The notes beneath the pieces are model-generated. The model worked only from the letters and a program-made list of their open reading frames with translations, did no database searches and was not told where the DNA came from. Source: a bacterium (lineage in GTDB: Bacteria; Patescibacteriota; Minisyncoccia; Phycocordibacterales; UBA5272). From it: a DNA stretch of 64,000 bases. The translations under genes were made by a program, and so were the position numbers. Location of the stretch: NCBI GenBank assembly GCA_027482685.1, contig JAIXVU010000002.1, positions 19,352 to 83,351 on the forward strand, given 5' to 3'. Positions 1 to 10,256 of the stretch are shown one piece after another (the stretch's first letter is position 1; each line of letters starts with the position of its first letter).

Positions 1-407
1 GAATCAAGACGCTTGACTCTAACCATATGAACATCTTTTAGTTGTATACGATTACTTTCTTTTATTTCTAATAAGGAGTCATTACCTGTTATCGTTGCTT
101 CATACAAAGGAAGGTCTCCAGCATCTTCACCACAAGCGACTTGTAGACAGGTAACGTTTTTATTATTTTGGTATCTTTTTTGTAAATAATTAAAATTAGT
201 CGGGTTAGGTTCAAAAGCCCAAATATGGACATTTTTAAATTTGAGAAAAGACTGGATTTCATCGCCGTGCCAAGCACCAACAACAAGAATATTTATCTCA
301 TCATCTTTTCCTTTAGAAAGAATAGCAGGGAAATGGTCTTCAATATCTATCTGAAATAAGTGACCTCTATAAAAAGTTTTTCCTAAAAACGTTTGCTCTG
401 TATACAT
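1..407 (-). CDS. FkbM-family SAM-dependent methyltransferase, partial (C-terminus beyond window start)
   Basis: Manual translation from the ATG at 407 runs without a stop to position 1 (not in the ORF track because it is open-ended). It contains ILVVGAWHGDE...NVHIWAFEPNPTNFNYLQ, matching the FkbM motifs (vIDvGANiG ... aFEPxPxxFxxL). Confidence 0.5.
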   Translation of the reverse strand, partial: MYTEQTFLGKTFYRGHLFQIDIEDHFPAILSKGKDDEINILVVGAWHGDEIQSFLKFKNVHIWAFEPNPTNFNYLQKRYQNNKNVTCLQVACGEDAGDLPLYEATITGNDSLLEIKESNRIQLKDVHMVRVKRLD

Positions 408-410
408 AGT

Positions 411-1382
411 TTATCTTATACCTTTTGAGTATACCATTCTTATGGTGAGAATCAGTTTGTTTTTAAATTCATTAATTTTTATGATCCAGGAAGGTATAAT
501 TTTAGGGGTCGGATACCTGTATGTCTTTTCTTTGAAAAGCTCTTTTAGGGTTATATTATCCCATATATCAAGTGGCTCAAAATATTCAATTGAGTATTTT
601 TCAAACCAAGATAGAATTTCTTTAAATCGCCAGTCATTATGAATATGATAATCTGCAACTGACTCATCAACTATTGTAAAAGATTCAACTGCTGAAAGAT
701 TTTGTGTAGCAATCCCTTGTTTATCTTTTTGTATTTCATACGTCGCGTTAATTCTTACCGCACTCCTTGCACCTTTGATATGCTCTGAACACATGTACCA
801 TATTCGTTTAACCGAAGAACGTTCCGTGTTTAAAAATTGAAAGTGAATTACTGAGCCATCTTTCCTTGTAATGACCTTACGAAAGAGTGGATCACCAGGA
901 CTTCTACTTACTCCAAGAAAAGCATATGGGAAATCACTATGGACATCGTCACAGAAAATAAAACTTTTATTGATATTTTTATAGACTCCGTCCACTCTCT
1001 CAGTATTTTTATTACGAAAGAGGGTTACCCAATCTAACCAAAGACTCTGTCCAGGCTCAAGAGTGCTTATATTTTTTATAGCAGATACGTAAAAGTTATC
1101 GGAAAATATTTCGTCAGCATCCAGGCAAATAAAATGTGTTCCACCTTCTTTTCTGCCTTCTATTAAAAGGCGCTGACGTATGCTATGTTCTGCCCAGCCT
1201 GATTCTGTTGTGTAATCTTCGCTAATTATTTTTGCACCAGCTTCTTCTAAGATTTTTCTACTTAAGTCAGTAGAATAGTCATCATACGCAATTATATGAC
1301 TAGTTACTTTTTTAATGCTCGCAATATACTCTTTTATCACCCATTCTTCATTTTTAAAAGGGAGAAGCGCTATTATCTTCAT
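411..1382 (-). CDS. glycosyltransferase family 2 (GT-A fold)
   Basis: 323 aa; N-terminal LPFKNEE...AYDDYSTD resembles the GT2 donor-binding region, with a DAD at ICLDADE. Lies in a glycan gene cluster. Confidence 0.55.
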   Translation of the reverse strand: MKIIALLPFKNEEWVIKEYIASIKKVTSHIIAYDDYSTDLSRKILEEAGAKIISEDYTTESGWAEHSIRQRLLIEGRKEGGTHFICLDADEIFSDNFYVSAIKNISTLEPGQSLWLDWVTLFRNKNTERVDGVYKNINKSFIFCDDVHSDFPYAFLGVSRSPGDPLFRKVITRKDGSVIHFQFLNTERSSVKRIWYMCSEHIKGARSAVRINATYEIQKDKQGIATQNLSAVESFTIVDESVADYHIHNDWRFKEILSWFEKYSIEYFEPLDIWDNITLKELFKEKTYRYPTPKIIPSWIIKINEFKNKLILTIRMVYSKGIR

Positions 1383-1389
1383 AGTATTC

Positions 1390-2334
1390 TTAGTTTTCTT
1401 TGTCTATCCAAGCATATAAGGTCTCCTTATCTAGTACTACAGTATACTCTGGGACAATTTCTTTTACTAAACCGAAAAGTACCTCTCGGTCATCTGGCAA
1501 GTGGTACGTTCGCAGAGCAAGTTTTGGTCTATACTTCTTAAGCGTCTCTCTTGCTCCTTTCAACAAATCTCGCTCAGCTCCCTCAATGTCCGCTTTAATA
1601 AAATCAACTTTAGTAATATTATTTTTTTTCACAAATTCATCGAGTGTTATTTGTTCTAATTGAATGGTTGTGTCACCTTCACTATGAAGTTTTGTGGAAG
1701 CACCGTTATAATTAGATTTTAGATTATAAAAGAAATCAACACTCTTATTTGTTTCTCCAAGGAGGTAATTTTCAATACGAATATTTTTACAATCATTTCG
1801 TCTACTGTTCTTTTCAAGTATAGAGCTAATTTCTTTCATTGGCTCAAAGGCTATTACTTGACCAGTTTTTCCAATTTTTTTACTTGCAACAACTGAGAAC
1901 ATTCCAATATTTGCACCAGCATCAATAACGCAGTCTCTCTCGGTTAACCTTACTCCGAAATTTTCATATTGCCCTTCTGACTGATAATATGGGTTATCAT
2001 ATACAAGAGCTTGGATACGACTATCTCTAATATCTAGCTTAGGGTAAATGATATCAAAGAAGTCACCCTCGTAGAAACAACCAGGAGGAAAGAGAAGATT
2101 AACCATAGGAGTGGTTAGAAGTAAACCATCTTTTTCCTTCTCAAGTTTGATCTCTTTGATATTGCTTGTGATTGCCCTAAAGAACGTATGTTCGCCAAAG
2201 ATCTTTTCTCGAATTGATCCGGGGATTAAGAATACAATATTGAACCCCTTATCCAAATGTTTTAGATAGTAAACACGCTGAGCTATTCCCCTTGACATTC
2301 CTCTTAATTTTTTAGTAATAGTACGTACGTTCAT
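1390..2334 (-). CDS. FkbM-family methyltransferase
   Basis: 314 aa; VIDAGANIGMFS...GQVIAFEP matches the hallmark FkbM motifs. Confidence 0.7.
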   Translation of the reverse strand: MNVRTITKKLRGMSRGIAQRVYYLKHLDKGFNIVFLIPGSIREKIFGEHTFFRAITSNIKEIKLEKEKDGLLLTTPMVNLLFPPGCFYEGDFFDIIYPKLDIRDSRIQALVYDNPYYQSEGQYENFGVRLTERDCVIDAGANIGMFSVVASKKIGKTGQVIAFEPMKEISSILEKNSRRNDCKNIRIENYLLGETNKSVDFFYNLKSNYNGASTKLHSEGDTTIQLEQITLDEFVKKNNITKVDFIKADIEGAERDLLKGARETLKKYRPKLALRTYHLPDDREVLFGLVKEIVPEYTVVLDKETLYAWIDKEN

Positions 2335-2349
2335 GATCGTATGCGGTCT

Positions 2350-3108
2350 TTATTGGTACTCAAAATTTTCACGTGCATAAACAAAAGCGTTTCCTGGAAG
2401 TCCAAAAACAGGGAAAGGGGTAAGATACCCATTACTCCCTTTGTTAAACTCATTAATTGCTTTTATAACACCTTTTTCCGGATGTCCATAAAATGACCAC
2501 ATATCATCAAATCTAAAGTATGTTCCACTTGCAAGAGAGTCTTGTAGCCAATTAAACACAGTTACTGTTGATGAATAGTAATCTGCATCCATATTTACAA
2601 TCGCAGGCACATATTTTCTATAATCATCTTTAAGTTTTTGCGTAAGAGAGTTTTCAAAGAAACCTTCTACAAGATGAACATTTTCAGGGGGGAAGCCTAC
2701 TTCTTTAATCATATCCAGAACAACTTCTTTTCCGTACACGAATGTACCTTTTTGCCAATCAGTTCGCTTGTCGGCTTCTTCGGCTTCAGGCAATCCTTGA
2801 AAACTATCAAATCCGAAAATATGATATTTTTTTATGTCGACTCCGTAATCTTTACAAAATTTTTGAAGAGCAAGGATATAAATCTTCATAGAGCCTCCAC
2901 TGGCAACGCCGAATTCATAGTAGTTATATTGAGGTGCAAAATCAGGGTTGTCGTGCTGGTATTTTAAACAGTTATAAAACCAGTTGAACATATTATCCCT
3001 CCGTTCATACTGGAACATGAAAAGACCTATAGTTTTATCAAGTATTAATTCAACAACAACGCGAAATTGATAATATTTGGAGGCTTTTAAGTTACGAAGA
3101 AATGTCAT
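2350..3108 (-). CDS. TylF/MycF-like (macrocin O-methyltransferase family) class I methyltransferase
   Basis: 252 aa; EFGVASGGS...GFDSFQGLPE...MDADYYSST resemble the TylF family GxxRGGS / DSFEGLP / D-x-D metal motifs. Confidence 0.55.
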   Translation of the reverse strand: MTFLRNLKASKYYQFRVVVELILDKTIGLFMFQYERRDNMFNWFYNCLKYQHDNPDFAPQYNYYEFGVASGGSMKIYILALQKFCKDYGVDIKKYHIFGFDSFQGLPEAEEADKRTDWQKGTFVYGKEVVLDMIKEVGFPPENVHLVEGFFENSLTQKLKDDYRKYVPAIVNMDADYYSSTVTVFNWLQDSLASGTYFRFDDMWSFYGHPEKGVIKAINEFNKGSNGYLTPFPVFGLPGNAFVYARENFEYQ

Positions 3109-3253
3109 ATCTAAACAATAGAATAGCTATATATAATTGTTTTAGTATACATGTAAGTGAGGTATTATACAACGGCAGATTACAACCAGTCATATCGAAA
3201 AAGCCTTTAGCCGGTAAGCTTTAAAAGGAATTTTTTATTAGAAACACTTTTTA

Positions 3254-4192
3254 TTACGGCACAATTTCTGCGATAATTTGATTGAGATAATTTTCATCAA
3301 GACAGTCGTCTGGATTTCGTTCATTGATTTCATTAAAGTACTTATATGAAACTCTTGTGAGACGTGTTTCTTTTCTAAGGAACATTTCATACTCCATATC
3401 GATATGACCAATGTCTATTACACGATAACCTTCTTTAAATAGGTCATAGGTCAATACTTTTGCTGCTGGACCAAGAGAAATAAGAATAAGTTTATCTTTA
3501 TCAAGTCTAAGTGCCTCTTTTTTAATCTCACTATATTTTGCATAAGCATTCTCAGGTGGACAAAGTATACGTTTGATTGATTTTACTTGAGAAAATATAT
3601 CATTACCAACACCTATTCGGCTTTTTGATCCTTCAATTAGAACAACGTCTTTGTTTTCCCAAATTTTGAAAAGCTTCTTGAAAAAATGACCATTACCCGC
3701 CTTATCCTTAAATGCAAGATATGGCCTAGATATATGAGTGTCACCATAAACGATATCTTTTTTTGTGAGAGCTTTCCATACATGACCATTTCGATAGAGG
3801 TGATGCATGTAGAACCAGTAAGCAACTGTATCAAAATCTTCAATGCCTCTCCATATACCAGGTATACAGACAAGCAAACCTTTCTCATTTGTTTGAATTA
3901 TTTCTTCAAGTCTTTTTGTAAGGTCATTTTGATTTTTTTGGAATGCAGTTGCTCCGCCGTCGAGCATATAAATTTCACCATCGCCGAAACGAACAACAGA
4001 TAGATTTTCTTTAATGATTAGATCTATTGTATCAGAGATAGATAAAACATTCGGTACGTTTTTGTTTTTTAAAACGTACTTGTTAGACATGTACAAAATA
4101 TAAGCAACTACAGGTCCAATCTTCTGTCGTAATGTCAGGGGGGTTATTGATCGTATTTTTTTGACGATAGTCTGATAGATAGTTGTTCTCAT
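3254..4192 (-). CDS. GT-D type glycosyltransferase (DUF1792 family)
   Basis: 312 aa; contains the RFGDGE signature of DUF1792/GT-D glycosyltransferases. Confidence 0.55.
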   Translation of the reverse strand: MRTTIYQTIVKKIRSITPLTLRQKIGPVVAYILYMSNKYVLKNKNVPNVLSISDTIDLIIKENLSVVRFGDGEIYMLDGGATAFQKNQNDLTKRLEEIIQTNEKGLLVCIPGIWRGIEDFDTVAYWFYMHHLYRNGHVWKALTKKDIVYGDTHISRPYLAFKDKAGNGHFFKKLFKIWENKDVVLIEGSKSRIGVGNDIFSQVKSIKRILCPPENAYAKYSEIKKEALRLDKDKLILISLGPAAKVLTYDLFKEGYRVIDIGHIDMEYEMFLRKETRLTRVSYKYFNEINERNPDDCLDENYLNQIIAEIVP

Positions 4193-4194
4193 TA

Positions 4195-5082
4195 TTAGTG
4201 TTTTCTTATACCGAGTTTAAACAGTATACGTTTGACAAAATTTTTTAAAGATATAATGTAGTTCTGTTTGAGGAAATGCCACTTCATTTTTTCTTCTGAA
4301 AGCGAGAGATTATATAAATCACTGATCCAAAGTGCAATCTTCATAGTAGATTCTTGGCGTTTTGCAACAGTTTCAAAGCCAGGGCATATATCCCAGCGCA
4401 TATTGTCGTTTCTAGTTTTCACTATTGGTTTTGCAATAAGTACAACTTTTTCCTCTTTGAACGCACTTAGTAAAATAAAAAGATGTACAGCTTGACTATC
4501 GAAGTATTTTTCTTTTTCTTTAAAATTCATCCAAATATCTCTTTTAAATATTTGCATTGATATGCCACCAAAATTCCCTACAAGATCAGTGTAATCTTTA
4601 ATTGACCTAACAAATTCCCCCAACGTATCATAAGTGACATTGTGTGTAATCTTCCTGTTAGGAGAAGACATTATTGGGTGAATAAGATCATGATCGTACC
4701 CCCAACAATTTGCTATGTAATAAGGACTTTTATGTTGCTTGAGCTCCTCAAGAAGATGGTTGATGCTATCTGGGAACAGTCCATCATCATCACCTAATGT
4801 TAAACAGTATTCGCCGGAGCTCTTGTCTACAACCTGCACCAGATTTCTGTCAAATCCAATGTTTTGAGAATTTTTATAATAATGTATGTTGGTAAAGTTA
4901 GCCTGAAATTCCTTAACTACATTTTCGGTTGCATCAATGCTTGCGTTATCTGAAATAACAATTTCAACATTGTTAAGAATAAATGGGTCTTTACACTGGG
5001 AAGTAATGGTGTTTAGACATTGCTTCAAACAGTCAGCTCTGTTATACGTTGGTATACAAATACTTAGAAGTGGTGCGTGCAT
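4195..5082 (-). CDS. glycosyltransferase family 2
   Basis: 295 aa; SICIPTYNRADCL...EIVISDNASID is a classic GT2 N-terminus with a DDD motif. Confidence 0.7.
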   Translation of the reverse strand: MHAPLLSICIPTYNRADCLKQCLNTITSQCKDPFILNNVEIVISDNASIDATENVVKEFQANFTNIHYYKNSQNIGFDRNLVQVVDKSSGEYCLTLGDDDGLFPDSINHLLEELKQHKSPYYIANCWGYDHDLIHPIMSSPNRKITHNVTYDTLGEFVRSIKDYTDLVGNFGGISMQIFKRDIWMNFKEKEKYFDSQAVHLFILLSAFKEEKVVLIAKPIVKTRNDNMRWDICPGFETVAKRQESTMKIALWISDLYNLSLSEEKMKWHFLKQNYIISLKNFVKRILFKLGIRKH

Positions 5083-5113
5083 AACAGTTTTAGATATTTA
5101 AGTATACCATAAT

Positions 5114-6418
5114 TTAGAGACCTCCTCGTATGGTGTTTAGCATGACTTTTCTTGATTTTTTAAATAAAAATAAAGCTCCAAGCGGGATAAAGTAAGATAT
5201 AAGACTGGCAAATGCTGCGCCGACCATGCCAAAAATGGGTATGAAGAAATAGTTTAAAATAATATTCGTAATCATACCTAAAAAGCTTGTTATTGAAATG
5301 ATTTTTGTCATATTTTCAGAAACTAATATCTGATGACTTAAAGAATTAAGTATTCCTCCAACATTACTCCATACGTACACTTGTAAAACGGTATACGCTC
5401 CAATAAAACTTGACCCGAATATAAGTAATATAAAGTCTTTTGAGAATAAGCTTGTAATAAGTGCTGTTCCCGCAGATATTGCAAAAACTAATAAGTATAA
5501 TTTTTTTATTCTCGCATAATATAATTGCTCTGAAACTTTTTTTGCATTAACAATTGCTGGAAATAGACTTGACGTAACTATTGCTGGAATGACATACCAG
5601 ATTTCAGAGATCGATACAGCCGAGCTATAAAGCCCAACCGAAGTGGCATCCATCATGTTTTTAATCATCACCTGATCTATTCTTGCATAAATAGTAACAA
5701 AAGCAGAAGCAAAGATTAAAGGGAATGAGTCTTTGATTATTCCGAGCGCGATTACCTTATCGAATTTCAATCGGCGGACAGTGCCATAGAATTTGGTTCG
5801 AATATACAAATATCCAAGCATGTATAGCACTGCTTCAAGTAATACGATACACGCCAGAAAGATAACACCTTTATCTAAGATAGTTGTTGTTATTTTTAAT
5901 ATATTTAAAATTATTGTAACACCAAGAACAAGCAGGTAGGGGTATTTCTGCTGAACATTTGCCTGAAATTCATAACTAATTAAATTAAAAGAGTTAAAGA
6001 CAAAACCCAAGCTTATAATAAAAATCAGAAATAAAGAAACATCTTTATCAGACAGTAGAACAGCAAAAAGCAGACAAAGCCCGATCGTTAGTAGTGAAGC
6101 TACGAAACGAAGACCAATAGCGGAACCAAGATATTCATTTCTTTTTTCTGGAAATCTAACCAAATCTCTATAGAGCACTTGGTCAATTCCAAGCGCTGCT
6201 ACGAAACTAAACAACCCAACGAAACTTATCGCATAGCTTAACTGTCCATAGTTTGTTGGACCAAGATGCCTAGCTACATAAAGCATGGTAATTAAAGAAA
6301 TTACCATGCTTGCGATTTTTGCGAAGAACATCCATCCCATGTTTTTTGTATGTTTCTTAACACCGGGATGGGATGTTTTTTCTTGTATGTAGCCGACGGT
6401 TTTTTCGAAGTAGTCCAT
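5114..6418 (-). CDS. wzx: polysaccharide flippase (Wzx-like, MOP superfamily)
   Basis: 434 aa, about 12 predicted hydrophobic helices, typical composition of oligosaccharide flippases; glycan cluster context. Confidence 0.65.
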   Translation of the reverse strand: MDYFEKTVGYIQEKTSHPGVKKHTKNMGWMFFAKIASMVISLITMLYVARHLGPTNYGQLSYAISFVGLFSFVAALGIDQVLYRDLVRFPEKRNEYLGSAIGLRFVASLLTIGLCLLFAVLLSDKDVSLFLIFIISLGFVFNSFNLISYEFQANVQQKYPYLLVLGVTIILNILKITTTILDKGVIFLACIVLLEAVLYMLGYLYIRTKFYGTVRRLKFDKVIALGIIKDSFPLIFASAFVTIYARIDQVMIKNMMDATSVGLYSSAVSISEIWYVIPAIVTSSLFPAIVNAKKVSEQLYYARIKKLYLLVFAISAGTALITSLFSKDFILLIFGSSFIGAYTVLQVYVWSNVGGILNSLSHQILVSENMTKIISITSFLGMITNIILNYFFIPIFGMVGAAFASLISYFIPLGALFLFKKSRKVMLNTIRGGL

Positions 6419-6493
6419 ATTACCAGTATACCTTATACCTTATGTGCTACATTTTATTTTATAGAAACACACTTCTGAATAATTTTGTTTAGG

Positions 6494-7720
6494 CTACTTC
6501 TCGTAGCGTAACAAAAATTCATCAATCTTACTTTTCAGGTAGTTTATCTGATCTGTATCTAATCCATGATGGCAAGCAAGCACAAATGCATTTTTCATTA
6601 TCGTGTCGGTGTTTGGGAATGCCTTACTTATTTTCCTGTTAACAATTTTTTTGAATCCTGGTTGCTTGAGAATATTGCCTGCAAATACTGGGCGTGTCTG
6701 GATATTATTATCTTCAAGGAAGGTGACAATTTCTAAGCGTGTAAAAGGTGACTTTGGTTTAATGATAATAGGAAAGGCTAACCATGCAGTTTCTGTATTT
6801 GGTGTCTGTGTTGGGAGGATAAAATATTTTTCCTTGGCTGAAATAAATTCTGTTAACATAGTAAAGTTCTTCCTTCTTTTTTCTAAAAATCCTGGAAGTC
6901 TTTTCATTTGCGTAAGAGCAAACGCTGATGAAATTTCAAGTGGAAGAAAGTTATAACCCACCTCGCTAAAAATAAATTTGTTATCGTACGGAATACCATT
7001 CAACTTAAAGTTGAAGCGATTTTTTAGAAGTTCTGAGTTTGCTTTTTCACCGTAGAGTGATGATTGGCGACCCCATCCACGGAGTACTTTTAGACGAGAC
7101 TCCCATTTTGGGTCATTTACCATAATCATTCCTCCACCACCGGCACCGTTAATGATGTGTGATCCATAGAAACTTGTTATAGAGATATCTGAGTATTTAC
7201 CGGTTGGGTTACCGTGAAATGTTCCACCTAACGTATCGCAAGAGTCTTCGATAAAACACAACTTATGTTTTTTAGCAATTTTTGCAAGAGCTTGCATATC
7301 AGGGATATTGCCCATTAGTGACGGAATCATGAGAGCTTTTGTTTTCTTTGTGATAGCTTTCTCTACTTGTTCCAGGTTAACAAGGTATGTTGTTGGGTCT
7401 ACGTCAACAAATACAGGGATAAGTCCTTTTTGCACAATAGGAGACACAACAGTTGCAAATGTAAGAGCTGGGGTTATAACCTCAGAACCTTTGGGAAGAT
7501 TAAGGAGTTCAAAGGCAAGTAGATTAGCAGATGAACCGGAGTTAACCATAACACCATATTTTTTACCAAACATTTTTGCAACCTTTGCCTCAAATTCTAT
7601 AGTTTTATCTCCAAGAGCAGTATTTCCTCTTAGCACCTCAACAACCGCGGCGATCTCTTCTTCTCCGTGGACCGAAAAACCGTACGGGACTCTTAGCTTT
7701 TCTTGCTTTGCTTTAGGCAT
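6494..7720 (-). CDS. ddhC: DegT/DnrJ/EryC1-family PMP-dependent sugar 3-dehydrase (CDP-4-keto-6-deoxyglucose 3-dehydrase, E1/RfbH-like)
   Basis: 408 aa; DegT-family fold. A His replaces the usual PLP-Lys (SFYGSHIINGAGGGG), as in E1/ColD 3-dehydrases. Lies next to ddhA/ddhB homologs. Confidence 0.6.
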   Translation of the reverse strand: MPKAKQEKLRVPYGFSVHGEEEIAAVVEVLRGNTALGDKTIEFEAKVAKMFGKKYGVMVNSGSSANLLAFELLNLPKGSEVITPALTFATVVSPIVQKGLIPVFVDVDPTTYLVNLEQVEKAITKKTKALMIPSLMGNIPDMQALAKIAKKHKLCFIEDSCDTLGGTFHGNPTGKYSDISITSFYGSHIINGAGGGGMIMVNDPKWESRLKVLRGWGRQSSLYGEKANSELLKNRFNFKLNGIPYDNKFIFSEVGYNFLPLEISSAFALTQMKRLPGFLEKRRKNFTMLTEFISAKEKYFILPTQTPNTETAWLAFPIIIKPKSPFTRLEIVTFLEDNNIQTRPVFAGNILKQPGFKKIVNRKISKAFPNTDTIMKNAFVLACHHGLDTDQINYLKSKIDEFLLRYEK

Positions 7721-8211
7721 ATGTTATTGTGGTTAATTAATTTTTCTGACTGAATCTGCTTTGATAAATGTGTCTATTAAATATATCAGATGTGGCGGCA
7801 TTTTCAAACTCGAGCTATTACTAGTGATGTAGTCTTTGAGAATCTTAGTGGAGCTTTAGTGCTGTGTAAATATAAAAGAATTTCTTGGGTTTCCTTTTTT
7901 CAACAATGAGAGGCGAGCGAGTGCGGAAACTAATAAGGATATAAAGAAAGGATTTTGACTTTTTATAATTCTACAATTCAAATAAATTAGAGACCCCCTC
8001 AAGCAATTTCTGTTTGAGGGGGTTATATTTTCATTCTATAAATTCACTGGAGTGATTATTTTAAGGAAGGAGAAAGGGTACAGAAATTAATAGAGGATAC
8101 AAGAAAATACTGTTTGACTAATTAGATTAATTGTGTTAGTGTTTTTTTAGATAGGCTGTTCTTTTAGTTGACGCCGTCAACAGAACACTTGTCGTTTAAG
8201 GAGAAATATCG

Positions 8212-8970
8212 ATGACCGCTTATGTGGTTGACCCCCTTAGCTATGCACGGGCAAGCTCGCTCGTGCTAGTGGACGCTCGTCCGAAGACCGACATTGTGTT
8301 CATTCATGGCTCACCAGCTGCGAATGATGCGATTGATGCTGAGCTTCTGAAGCTTGCTGTCGATATGGTTCGTACGCAAGAGACGGAGAAACTCGTCATC
8401 AACGGCCTCACAGATGAAGCGTGCTGGCCAAACGGACAGCGGTTGGCGTACCCCGGGTGTAATACCTGGGGGCGTACGTTGCAAGGGCTTGGATTCTCTG
8501 AGTTCTTGAAGATTCCGCCGTCTAAGCACACTGCTGCGGAGAGCGATAACCTGATCAAGCTCGCAGCCGAGATGGGCTGGAAGAAGCTCGTCATCATGAG
8601 TTACCCCCACCACATCTTGCGGTGCATGCTTCAGATGGTCTTCTGTCTCAAGCGTGCAGGGTCAGACCTCAAGGTTTACACTCGTACGCTCCCATCTGTC
8701 AACTGGCAGATGGTCGCCGAGAAGGGGGTGCTTGGGAAGGCGCCTTTCCGAGGCACACTGGTTGATGCCCACATTCGTGAGGAGTATGAACGTTTGATCA
8801 GTTACGCAGATCGCGCTTGTTTCGAAACTCCAGACGGTCGAATGGTCTCTGAGGAGGAAGCTGGGTCAAATGACAAACGAAAGTACACCCCGCACGCAAC
8901 GCTCGAAGAACTGATCGACTACTACAAGCAGCGCGACGATCAAGGTATTCCAGATCATTTCCCTGGTTGA
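8212..8970 (+). CDS. hypothetical protein, DUF218/YdcF-like; compositionally foreign (GC-rich)
   Basis: 252 aa; visibly about 55-58 % GC against about 30 % in flanks. Canonical SD AAGGAG 8 nt upstream; TGA stop; loose DUF218 pattern (DIVFIHGS...VINGL...VIMSYPHHILRCM). Followed by hairpin terminator 8994-9029. Confidence 0.35.
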   Translation: MTAYVVDPLSYARASSLVLVDARPKTDIVFIHGSPAANDAIDAELLKLAVDMVRTQETEKLVINGLTDEACWPNGQRLAYPGCNTWGRTLQGLGFSEFLKIPPSKHTAAESDNLIKLAAEMGWKKLVIMSYPHHILRCMLQMVFCLKRAGSDLKVYTRTLPSVNWQMVAEKGVLGKAPFRGTLVDAHIREEYERLISYADRACFETPDGRMVSEEEAGSNDKRKYTPHATLEELIDYYKQRDDQGIPDHFPG

Positions 8971-8993
8971 AGTCATACACCGCTACCCCATAA

Positions 8994-9029
8994 GCCCTCC
9001 AGACTCAGGCCTGGAGGGCTTTTTCTTTT
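8994..9029 (+). terminator. rho-independent terminator (gccctccag-actcagg-cctggagggc + T-run)
   Basis: Perfect 9-bp GC stem followed by tttttctttt, directly after the 8212-8970 stop. Confidence 0.6.
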
Positions 9030-9185
9030 GTGAAAAGGATAGAATATACGATTATAATTCATACTCTATGAAGATCATTTTTGGGTTGTTATTACACTAT
9101 TTTTTCTGTATAATGGTAATAATTGAAAAATCTCTGATAAAGCCATTTGTGTTGGTATGCTAAAGGTTTTTGAAAGGCTAAACGC

Positions 9186-10253
9186 ATGAAAAATTTTTAT
9201 AAAAATAAAAAAGTTCTCATTACAGGCCATACAGGCTTCAAAGGTTCATGGCTTACACAAGTGCTCCTTAATTGGGAGGCAGAAGTTGTCGGTGTATCAC
9301 TAGCTCCAAATACAGAACCTAACCTTTTTGAAATTTTAGGACTAAAAGCAAAAATAAAAAACTATTTTTCTGATATTAGAAATTTAGAAGCAATGAAGAA
9401 AATTTTTATAGACGAAAAGCCAGAGATAGTATTTCATCTCGCCGCTCAACCGATTGTGAGGTTAAGTTATGATGATCCACTCGGAACACTTTCAACCAAT
9501 ATTATGGGAACAGCCAATATTCTTGAGGTGTGTAAAGAGGCTACGTCAGTTAAATCAGTTGTCATTATCACAACTGATAAAGTATACGAAAATAAAGAGT
9601 GGCACTACGCATATCGCGAGAATGATCCGCTTGGTGGGCACGATCCATATAGTTCTAGCAAAGCTGCTGCCGATATCGTAACCAACTCATACATTCAGTC
9701 ATTCTTTAATCCAGAAGACTTCGGCACGAAACATAACGCACTCGTAGCTATTGCTCGTGCGGGGAATGTTATAGGGGGAGGCGATTGGGCGGAGTATCGT
9801 CTCATTCCGGATGTTATTAAAGCTATCTACCATACAGACACCCATGTCGAGATACGTAATCCGGAAGCAGTTCGCCCATGGCAGCATGTCCTTGAGCCGC
9901 TCTCAGGGTATCTTATGCTCGCAGAAGAGCTTTATAATAAAAAGAAAGAACTTTCAGGCGCATGGAATTTCGGACCTAATAACGATAGTTTCGTTAGTGT
10001 ACGAGTGCTCGCCGAAGGCGCAAAAGAAATTTTGGGTAAAGGGGAATACAAAATTAATCCAGATACCACCAAACATGAGGCGAATCTTCTCAAGCTCGAT
10101 ATCAATAAAGCTATAGCAGTACTTGGCTGGAAGCCGCTACTATCATTTAAAGAAACACTCGATCTTACATTTAATTGGTATAAGAATTATTATGAAAATG
10201 GTGAAGATATAGTAGAATACACCAATAAGCAGATTAATTCCTTTCTCAAATAA
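9186..10253 (+). CDS. rfbG: CDP-glucose 4,6-dehydratase
   Basis: 355 aa; VLITGHTGFKGSWL Rossmann motif and overall RfbG/DdhB-like sequence; followed by the cytidylyltransferase. Confidence 0.8.
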   Translation: MKNFYKNKKVLITGHTGFKGSWLTQVLLNWEAEVVGVSLAPNTEPNLFEILGLKAKIKNYFSDIRNLEAMKKIFIDEKPEIVFHLAAQPIVRLSYDDPLGTLSTNIMGTANILEVCKEATSVKSVVIITTDKVYENKEWHYAYRENDPLGGHDPYSSSKAAADIVTNSYIQSFFNPEDFGTKHNALVAIARAGNVIGGGDWAEYRLIPDVIKAIYHTDTHVEIRNPEAVRPWQHVLEPLSGYLMLAEELYNKKKELSGAWNFGPNNDSFVSVRVLAEGAKEILGKGEYKINPDTTKHEANLLKLDINKAIAVLGWKPLLSFKETLDLTFNWYKNYYENGEDIVEYTNKQINSFLK

Positions 10254-10256
10254 CGT

